DNA of 5,710 nucleotides from a virus: IMG/VR virus record IMGVR_UViG_3300045988_000095, positions 1 to 5,710 of that record; one strand, 5' to 3'. Shown piece by piece: positions 1 to 4,756 of this stretch (position 1 is its first letter; each line of letters starts with the position of its first letter). The notes under the pieces were generated by a model. It saw only the letters and a program-made list of their open reading frames with translations, ran no database searches and was not told where the DNA came from. The position numbers and the translations under genes were made by a program.

Positions 1-55
1 GCTATAAACCGTTGATACGGATATACAGCCCAGAAAACAGAGAAATCAGCGGGCA
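1..55. repeat. Terminal direct repeat, copy 1. It marks a circular genome linearised with a 55-nt overlap.
   Basis: gctataaaccgttgatacggatatacagcccagaaaacagagaaatcagcgggca at 1..55 is identical base for base to 5656..5710 by direct reading. The offset is 5655 nt. Confidence 0.95.
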
Positions 56-1013
56 GGTGTATTCACTTGCCCGCTATTCTGAAAGAGTGGGCAAAAAATT
101 AAAATATGAAGATTTGATGTATGAACCAAAAGTTATGCTAATACCTTGTGGGCAGTGCATCGGATGCAGAATACAGCAAAGAGAGGATTGGACAACAAGA
201 ATTGAATTAGAAGCAAGACAATGGCCAAAAGAACAAGTCTGGTTTATTACATTAACTTACGATGATGACCACGTGCCGGGAATGATTCTTAAAACGGGCG
301 AAATCATGAGAAAAGTACAATATGTATGGAAGCCGGGAAAAAAATCACCAGAAAGTGTGCAAACACTACTATACACAGACGTGCAAAAATTCTTAAAAAG
401 ACTTAGAAAGGCATACAAGTCAAAATTAAGATTCTTCTGTGCAGGGGAATACGGAGAACAAACAGCAAGACCACATTATCACATGATACTGTACGGATGG
501 GAGCCAACAGACCTAAAGCAACTGTACAAAATTCACCACAACGGGTATTACACAAGTGAATGGATGCAAAAACTATGGGGAAACGGACAAATTCAAATAG
601 CACAAGCTGTACCAGAAACATATAGATATGTTGCAGGATACGTGACGAAAAAAATGTACGAAATCGACGGAAAGAAAGCAAATGCTTACTATGAATTAGG
701 ACAGCAAAAGCCATTCGCGTGCATGTCACTTAAGCCGGGGCTAGGAGATGCATACTATCAAGAGCACAAAGAAGAAATCTGGAAACAAGGCTACATTCAA
801 TGCACCAATGGAAAGCAAGCGCAGATACCGCGATATTATGAAAAGATGATGGAAAAAGAAAACCCGGAAAGGCTGTGGAGAATCAAGCAGAACAGACAAA
901 GGAAGGCAATCGAACAAAAAAGGCTACAGCTGAAAGGCAAAGACTACAAAACACAGTTAGAAACAAAAGAGCGCGTCACAAAAAAACAAACAAAAAAACG
1001 TGGAATTCTCTAA
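1..1013 (+). CDS. VP4: Replication initiator protein VP4 (rolling-circle HUH endonuclease, Microviridae Rep). It is 5'-truncated by linearisation: the first full codon starts at 3 and the true ATG is at 5649.
   Basis: The ORF is open to TAA at 1011..1013. RCR motif 1 is FITLTY (243..260). The HUH motif is HYHMIL (474..491). The two-tyrosine motif 3 is YVAGYVTK (627..650), compared with phiX174 gpA YVAKYVNK as I recall it. A Cys cluster CGQCIGC lies at 147..167. The TTG at 12 used by the ORF track is an internal Leu codon once the circle is closed. Confidence 0.93.
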   Translation, partial: YKPLIRIYSPENREISGQVYSLARYSERVGKKLKYEDLMYEPKVMLIPCGQCIGCRIQQREDWTTRIELEARQWPKEQVWFITLTYDDDHVPGMILKTGEIMRKVQYVWKPGKKSPESVQTLLYTDVQKFLKRLRKAYKSKLRFFCAGEYGEQTARPHYHMILYGWEPTDLKQLYKIHHNGYYTSEWMQKLWGNGQIQIAQAVPETYRYVAGYVTKKMYEIDGKKANAYYELGQQKPFACMSLKPGLGDAYYQEHKEEIWKQGYIQCTNGKQAQIPRYYEKMMEKENPERLWRIKQNRQRKAIEQKRLQLKGKDYKTQLETKERVTKKQTKKRGIL

Positions 1014-1024
1014 TCAGTGTCACC

Positions 1025-1077
1025 AAGTCCAGTACCTATCAAGTAGGGTACTGGACTTCTCTTCAGTTTGGTTTCTC
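1025..1077 (+). terminator. Terminator-like hairpin just after the Rep stop codon.
   Basis: A perfect 12-bp stem pairs AAGTCCAGTACC (1025..1036) with GGTACTGGACTT (1047..1058), with a 10-nt loop TATCAAGTAG. It is followed by a T/pyrimidine-rich tail CTCTTCAGTTTGGTTTCTC (1059..1077). The tail is not a clean U-run, so intrinsic termination is plausible but not certain. Confidence 0.45.
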
Positions 1078-1132
1078 AAAGAGACACCGAAAAAAATGAT
1101 TCAAAAACCACATTATAATCTATTCAGTTAAT

Positions 1133-1193
1133 CAAGGGGTTGACCGCTCGCGGTCAACCCCTTGCGACAGCGCCCCATTCATGGGGCTGTCGC
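1133..1193 (+). other. Two adjacent GC-rich hairpins; candidate ssDNA structural element (complementary-strand origin or Rep recognition).
   Basis: Hairpin A has a perfect 14-bp stem, CAAGGGGTTGACCG (1133..1146) with CGGTCAACCCCTTG (1151..1164), and a CTCG loop. Hairpin B pairs CGACAGC..CCCC (1165..1176) with GGGGCTGTCG (1183..1192). It has a 2-nt bulge and an ATTCAT loop. By hand count 1141..1200 is 38/60 G+C, against 13/60 for 1381..1440. Confidence 0.6.
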
Positions 1194-1214
1194 TATCGAT
1201 AGATGCTAATGTAT

Positions 1215-1259
1215 CGCACGCACATGCGCGCGCGTAAACGCACGCACATGCGCGCGCGT
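1215..1259. repeat. Tandem duplication of a 21-nt alternating pyrimidine-purine element (period 24).
   Basis: CGCACGCACATGCGCGCGCGT occurs at 1215..1235 and again at 1239..1259, 21/21 identical, separated by AAA. Every position alternates Py-Pu. The segment 1224..1249 can also fold (9 of 11 Watson-Crick pairs, 2 C.A mismatches, TAAA loop). Confidence 0.9.
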
Positions 1260-1272
1260 TATTATATTAACT

Positions 1273-1463
1273 TGTTGTAGCCGTAGTAGTAGAGCAAGTG
1301 GAAAAGTTGAAAGTAATAAAAATTACTCGTTATCACGTGAGAAACAAGAAAAATTCTCAGTTGAAAATATTGTTAAAAACTTGTTGAATTGTTAAATTAC
1401 TCTGTTGTAATAAAGTTTAACAATGTTGAAATGTTGAAAACTGCGTGGAAAATGTTAAAAACT
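1273..1463 (+). repeat. AT-rich array of iteron-like (T/A)GTT(G/A)(A/T)A words.
   Basis: Copies read directly are TGTTGTAG 1273, AGTTGAAAG 1305, AGTTGAAAA 1359, TGTTAAAAACT 1371..1381, TGTTGAAT 1382, TGTTAAAT 1390, TGTTGTAA 1403, TGTTGAAA 1424, TGTTGAAAACT 1432..1442 and TGTTAAAAACT 1453..1463. Three are contiguous at 1371..1397 and two at 1424..1439. Further repeated words: AAATTACTC at 1320..1328 and 1394..1402; GTGGAAAA(G/T)GTT(G/A)AA at 1298 and 1445; AACTTGTTG at 1269..1277 and 1378..1386. Confidence 0.8.
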
Positions 1464-1478
1464 CGCCTGCCGCGGGCA

Positions 1479-1531
1479 CCTGTTTGCTTTGCCAAAAGTT
1501 TTTTACAAAAACCCTTGACAAAGCGAACAGG
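1479..1531. repeat. Imperfect inverted repeat enclosing the -35 element of the promoter.
   Basis: The outer arms are CCTGTTTGCTTTG (1479..1491) and CAAAGCGAACAGG (1519..1531), giving 13 pairs of which one is G.T. The inner stem pairs GTTTTT (1498..1503) with AAAAAC (1507..1512). Confidence 0.6.
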
Positions 1532-1543
1532 ATTTTATAAAAT
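1515..1543 (+). promoter_or_regulatory. Near-consensus sigma-70/SigA-type promoter upstream of the peptidase gene.
   Basis: TTGACA at 1515..1520, a 17-nt spacer, then TAAAAT at 1538..1543 (5/6 match to TATAAT). An alternative -10, TATAAA, lies at 1536..1541. The SD AAGGGG (1551..1556) and ATG 1564 follow. Confidence 0.6.
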
Positions 1544-1563
1544 ACAAAAAAAGGGGCGATAAA

Positions 1564-1950
1564 ATGAAAAAAATCTACTGCATCAACAGAGACACAAAAA
1601 TACGTTCACCGTACTTCACAGCGGCAGAGATGGCAAGCAAAGACGGAGCAAAAGAACTGCTGTTAAGCGAAGAACTGCTCGAAGTACTAGTAATGATTCG
1701 AGATAACTTCAAAAAACCTGTGATTGTAAACAGCGGATACAGAACACCAGCATGGAACACAAAAGTAGGCGGTGCAGGGAACTCATACCACTGCAAAGGC
1801 ATGGCGGCAGACATCCGAATAAAGGATGTATCACCAAAAGAAATTGCAAAATTCGCAAGCGAATACATGAAGGACCACGGCGGGGTTATCTGCTACACAA
1901 ATTTTGTTCACGTAGACGTACGCGAAGGATATTACAGAAAGGGGGTGTAA
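1564..1950 (+). CDS. Zinc D,D- or L,D-peptidase of the M15 family (Peptidase_M15_3 / YcbK-DUF882-like); probable endolysin.
   Basis: 128 aa. Motifs: SGYRTPAWNTKVGGAGNSYHCKGMAAD, with an H-x6-D zinc-ligand pair (His76 at 1789..1791, Asp83 at 1810..1812), and FVHVDVR (His116 at 1909..1911). An N-terminal SPYFTAAEM motif is typical of this family. SD AAGGGG lies 7 nt upstream. Confidence 0.88.
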   Translation: MKKIYCINRDTKIRSPYFTAAEMASKDGAKELLLSEELLEVLVMIRDNFKKPVIVNSGYRTPAWNTKVGGAGNSYHCKGMAADIRIKDVSPKEIAKFASEYMKDHGGVICYTNFVHVDVREGYYRKGV

Positions 1951-1954
1951 ACAA

Positions 1955-2071
1955 ATGGCACTTATCAGCATCAAAGACGTAAAACAGGCAGTTGAAATCA
2001 TGATGCGAATCTTGGAAAAGCTGGATGAGATTTATCACGCCCTGCACGACCAGCCGAACGGAAAGGAGTAA
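1955..2071 (+). CDS. Small hypothetical protein, 38 aa (MALISIKDVKQAVEIMMRILEKLDEIYHALHDQPNGKE); not in the supplied ORF track.
   Basis: The ATG is 4 nt after the peptidase stop. SD AAAGGGGG (1938..1945) lies 9 nt upstream. Its own 3' end (AAAGGAG 2062..2068) supplies the SD for the next gene. The sequence looks like an amphipathic helix. There is no similarity-based support. Confidence 0.5.
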   Translation: MALISIKDVKQAVEIMMRILEKLDEIYHALHDQPNGKE

Positions 2072-2077
2072 ACAAAA

Positions 2078-2305
2078 ATGATTACAAAATCATGGAACGT
2101 AAGAGACCAGACCGAAAAAGACCTAACCGAACTGCTTGAAAAGAAATACAAAGAAATCGAGAACGATTACAAGCTCCTGCGAAAAATCGGCGAAATTGAG
2201 ACCGCAAAAAAGATGATAGATGAAATCTGGCAATGCCGAAGCTTTGCCAGTGCTATCGAACTAGAGCTAACAAGAAGGGGGTTCTATAATGGCACGACAT
2301 CGTAA
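2078..2305 (+). CDS. Hypothetical protein, 75 aa, charged and helical; function unknown.
   Basis: ATG with SD AAAGGAG 9 nt upstream. It sits in the gap-free + strand gene series. I recognise no motif. There is no hydrophobic segment. Confidence 0.65.
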   Translation: MITKSWNVRDQTEKDLTELLEKKYKEIENDYKLLRKIGEIETAKKMIDEIWQCRSFASAIELELTRRGFYNGTTS

Positions 2306-2411
2306 AATCATGCAAGGCGCAAAAGACAAGCGCATGTTTAACGTGACCGCGCGGAAAACCAAAAGCATCAACCTCAGCCAGAAGCCTATGCGCGGAGGAA
2401 TTCGGCTGTAA
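2289..2411 (+). CDS. VP8: Small basic DNA-binding/packaging protein (gokushovirus VP8 / phiX174 J analogue), 40 aa; not in the ORF track.
   Basis: Translation is MARHRKIMQGAKDKRMFNVTARKTKSINLSQKPMRGGIRL, with 12 Arg/Lys against 1 acidic residue. SD AAGGGGG (2275..2281) lies 7 nt upstream. It overlaps the preceding ORF by 17 nt. The C-terminal PMRGGIRL matches the ending I recall for gokushovirus VP8-type proteins (from memory, not searched). Confidence 0.7.
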   Translation: MARHRKIMQGAKDKRMFNVTARKTKSINLSQKPMRGGIRL

Positions 2412-2427
2412 GAGAAAGGAAAGAACA

Positions 2428-2667
2428 ATGGAGCATCTGTACTATGGAATCTACGACAGCATAGCAAAGTGCTATGCATGGGTAGGTGAAAGCAAAAACA
2501 ATAGAACCTTTGCACGAATGTGCGAAACGATGCAAAAGGACAAGAGCACGTTTATCGGACAGTCCCCAGCCGATTACGTGGGCTACAGACTGGCATCCTT
2601 CAACGATGAAACCGGCGAGTTTTACAACGGCAAAGAAAAAGTGTGGGAGGGCAAGCCGCATGAATAA
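2428..2667 (+). CDS. VP5: VP5-like non-structural protein of Gokushovirinae (phiX174 protein C analogue is the usual suggestion).
   Basis: 79 aa. The pattern IYDSIAKCY ... NNRTFARMC ... PADYVGYRLASFNDETGEF resembles the conserved VP5 pattern I recall (Y/F-D-x-x-A, A-x-R-x-F, P-x-D-Y/F ... G-x-F-D/N-x-x-T-G). SD AAAGGA lies 7 nt upstream. Confidence 0.7.
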   Translation: MEHLYYGIYDSIAKCYAWVGESKNNRTFARMCETMQKDKSTFIGQSPADYVGYRLASFNDETGEFYNGKEKVWEGKPHE

Positions 2668-3058
2668 GAGATACGAAGAGGGGCACAAGCCCCTCTTTTC
2701 TGCATCAGGAGAAACACAGCGCAAGCAATACGTTTGGGCGAAAGACAAAGAGGGAAAAGAATATCTGCAGGAAACGGAAAGCATCGACATCCAAGCAGAA
2801 ATTGAAAGCTATTCAGATGAATGCGACATTAAAAACATTGTCCGAAAAGCAAGTTTTGACCCGCAGTTTATGCAAAGCCTTTCACAGGGAGCATTGGACG
2901 GAACAGAAATAGATACTACCGAATGGCCACAGAACATTCACGAGTATCACCGAATGATTGCAACAGCACAAGCAAACGCCATGGCACTGCAGGAAATGCA
3001 AAAGGAAACGCCAAAGGAAACGCCAAAGGAAGGAGACATGAAGAATGAACAGGAATAA
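2660..3058 (+). CDS. VP3: Internal scaffolding protein VP3 (Chlamy_scaf-like), 132 aa from ATG 2660.
   Basis: MNKRYEEG... contains SDECDIKNIVRK, which resembles the conserved E-C-D-I-N-x-I motif of gokushovirus VP3. SD GGGAGG (2645..2650) lies 9 nt upstream of ATG 2660. That ATG overlaps the VP5 stop (ATGAATAA). The track start at 2486 would lie wholly inside VP5 and has no SD. Confidence 0.78.
   Translation: MNKRYEEGHKPLFSASGETQRKQYVWAKDKEGKEYLQETESIDIQAEIESYSDECDIKNIVRKASFDPQFMQSLSQGALDGTEIDTTEWPQNIHEYHRMIATAQANAMALQEMQKETPKETPKEGDMKNEQE
3001..3030 (+). repeat. 12-nt tandem repeat at the VP3 3' end / VP1 ribosome-binding region.
   Basis: AAAGGAAACGCC occurs at 3001..3012 and 3013..3024, then a partial AAAGGA. 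Degenerate copies flank it on both sides. It encodes the KETPKETPKE repeat and ends in GGAAGGAG (3028..3035), the SD for VP1. Confidence 0.85.
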
Positions 3059-4718
3059 CGAGCGACACTTTAATCAAATTCCGCAGATGAAAGCAAGCCG
3101 ATCGCGCTTCAATCGAGACCAGACGATTTTGACAACGTTCGACGCGGGCAAACTCATTCCGTTTTACGTGGATGAAGTACTGCCAGGCGACACATTCAAC
3201 GTGGACACAGCGGCGATTATCCGCATGACAACGCCCAAGTATCCAGTGATGGATGACTGTTTTATCGACTTTTACTATTTCTACTGTCCAAACCGCATTT
3301 TGTGGGACAACTTCAGGCACTTTATGGGCGAAGTAGAGGAAACGCCGTGGATGCCTACAGAAACGTATACTGTACCACAAATCGTAATCAAAGGAAACTC
3401 TGCAGTGCCTAAGCCAAATGAAAAATCAATTCTTGACTACATGGGCGTACCCACAAAAATAAATAAACCATTCAGTATCAACGCGCTTCCTGTCAGAGCA
3501 TACGTTAAAATCTGGAATGAATTTTTCAGAGATGAAAACGTAGATAACGCAGCAACCATAAAAACGAATGACGATGACGTAATCTATAATTCGACAGAAG
3601 ATCAAAAAGGAACTATGGAAGAAGATCTAAAGTTCGCAATCAGCGGCAACAACCTGTTACCGGTTAATAAATTCCACGACTATTTTACAAGTTGCCTGCC
3701 GTATCCGCAGAGAGGGCCAAACGTAACACTGCCACTAACTGGAAATGCAAGAGTACAATGGAGTTTTTCAGCAAAAGAACTTCAGAATTATGGAATCATG
3801 ACCAGCAACGGCGCATCACATCTGGTACCGGCAAACGGAAATACATTAGGAGCACCCATGACGGACGAAAACAACGGAAAACCAAGAGTGCTGCTAGGTA
3901 AAGACGCAGGCGGAGTTTCAACGTGGGTTCCGATGGAAGCAAGACTAGACAATGCAACATCAGCAACAATCAACCAGTTGCGGCAGGCTATCAGCGTACA
4001 ACAGTACTACGAAGCACTAGCACGTGGCGGCTCGAGATACCGCGAACAGGTACAGGCAATCTGGGATGTCGTCATTTCAGATAAAACAGTACAGGTGCCT
4101 GAATATCTGGGTGGTGGACGCTATCACGTGAACATTAACCAGATTGTGCAGACAAGCGGCCAGCAGACAAGCAACGACACGCCTATTGGTGAAACGGGTG
4201 CAATGTCCGTTACGCCAATCAACGAAAGTTCTTTCACAAAGAGTTTTGAAGAGCACGGCTTTGTAATCGGTGTATGCTGTGTAAGACACAACAGAAGCTA
4301 TCAGCAGGGCCTTGAGCGTTTTTGGAGCCGAGAGGACAGGCTGGACTACTACGTGCCGCAGTTCGCAAATCTGGGTGAACAGCCAGTAAAAAAGAAAGAA
4401 ATCATGCTCACCGGCAATACAACCGATGATGAGACCTTTGGCTATCAGGAAGCATGGGCAGACTACAGGATGAAGCCGAACCGTGTAAGTGGTTTAATGC
4501 GAAGCAACGCAACAGGGACGCTCGATTTCTGGCACTATGCAGACAACTATTCAACGGTGCCCACACTGTCGCAGGAGTGGATGGCAGAAGGAAAAGCAGA
4601 AATTGCAAGAACACTGATCGTACAAGACGAACCACAGTTCTTCGGAGCAATTCGCGTAGCAAACAAGACAACTCGGCGGATGCCGCTTTACAGCGTGCCG
4701 GGTCTGTATAAGCTGTAA
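3045..4718 (+). CDS. VP1: Major capsid protein VP1 (Microviridae F-protein family).
   Basis: 557 aa. The N-terminal region SRSRFNRDQTILTTFDAGKLIPFYVDEVLPGDTFNVDTAAIIRMTTP is the hallmark gokushovirus VP1 motif. The size is typical (about 530-565 aa). SD GGAAGGAG lies 9 nt upstream. It overlaps VP3 by 14 nt. Confidence 0.95.
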   Translation: MNRNNERHFNQIPQMKASRSRFNRDQTILTTFDAGKLIPFYVDEVLPGDTFNVDTAAIIRMTTPKYPVMDDCFIDFYYFYCPNRILWDNFRHFMGEVEETPWMPTETYTVPQIVIKGNSAVPKPNEKSILDYMGVPTKINKPFSINALPVRAYVKIWNEFFRDENVDNAATIKTNDDDVIYNSTEDQKGTMEEDLKFAISGNNLLPVNKFHDYFTSCLPYPQRGPNVTLPLTGNARVQWSFSAKELQNYGIMTSNGASHLVPANGNTLGAPMTDENNGKPRVLLGKDAGGVSTWVPMEARLDNATSATINQLRQAISVQQYYEALARGGSRYREQVQAIWDVVISDKTVQVPEYLGGGRYHVNINQIVQTSGQQTSNDTPIGETGAMSVTPINESSFTKSFEEHGFVIGVCCVRHNRSYQQGLERFWSREDRLDYYVPQFANLGEQPVKKKEIMLTGNTTDDETFGYQEAWADYRMKPNRVSGLMRSNATGTLDFWHYADNYSTVPTLSQEWMAEGKAEIARTLIVQDEPQFFGAIRVANKTTRRMPLYSVPGLYKL

Positions 4719-4728
4719 GAAAGGAGGA

Positions 4729-4753
4729 AGCCCGGAGAAATCCGGGCTATTTT
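4729..4753 (+). promoter_or_regulatory. Stem-loop between VP1 and VP2: either a partial terminator/attenuator or a structure that brings the SD close to the VP2 start codon.
   Basis: An 8-bp stem pairs AGCCCGGA (4729..4736) with TCCGGGCT (4741..4748), with a GAAA tetraloop, followed by ATTTT. The strong SD AAGGAGG (4721..4727) lies immediately 5' of the stem. The VP2 ATG (4757) is 8 nt 3' of the stem. Confidence 0.55.
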
Positions 4754-4756
4754 AAA

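Noticed and set aside
1-55. The terminal 55-nt repeat, considered as a biological direct terminal repeat or a mobile-element end.
   Set aside because: The repeat lies inside the Rep coding sequence and restores a continuous reading frame when the ends are joined. This is the expected artefact of assembling a circular genome with an overlap of fixed k-mer size, not a packaging or transposition terminus.
875-1099. A + strand 74-aa highly basic ORF overlaps the Rep 3' end in the -1 frame and extends through the terminator hairpin. Two A-AAA-AAA slippery-looking runs (about 983..989 and 993..999) could in principle shift Rep into this frame.
   Set aside because: The A-rich sequence yields Lys/Arg/Asn-rich ORFs in every frame by composition alone. 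There is no SD before ATG 875. The nearest stable structure (1025..1058) starts about 25-35 nt after the A-runs, too far for a canonical -1 frameshift stimulator. It is worth a glance in ribosome profiling, but the sequence alone does not support it.
1096-1131. A perfect TATAAT hexamer at 1114..1119 and an 11-codon mini-ORF (ATG 1096, MIQKPHYNLFS). I asked whether they could be a promoter for a small structured RNA covering the twin hairpins.
   Set aside because: No -35-like hexamer lies at 16-18 nt (that position is AAAAAA) and there is no TG extended -10. The mini-ORF has no SD. TATAAT is expected by chance in AT-rich DNA. I keep it only as a remote possibility that transcript mapping could test.
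1215-1259. The duplicated 21-mer, considered as a possible mini-CRISPR array.
   Set aside because: There are only two copies, separated by 3 nt (AAA), so there is no spacer. There are no cas genes, and the context is a 5.6-kb ssDNA phage.
1752-1982. A 76-aa + strand ORF nested out of frame in the peptidase gene. I asked whether it could be a phiX174 E-like overlapping lysis gene.
   Set aside because: The translation is Arg/Lys-rich with no hydrophobic or transmembrane segment, unlike E-type lysis proteins. It has no SD upstream and is probably a compositional artefact.
2486-2659. The longer 190-aa version of the VP3 ORF, starting at ATG 2486.
   Set aside because: The extra 58 codons lie entirely inside the VP5 gene in another frame and encode a Cys/Arg/Lys-rich sequence unlike VP3. 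They have no SD, whereas ATG 2660 has GGGAGG 9 nt upstream and the typical ATGA-type overlap with the VP5 stop.
3692-4711. Two + strand alternative-frame ORFs inside VP1 (3692..3901, 69 aa; 4454..4711, 85 aa).
   Set aside because: Both are basic and low in complexity, lack an SD and contain no recognisable motif. Their lengths are unremarkable for a stop-poor A/G-rich frame. They cannot be excluded without a synonymous-constraint analysis.
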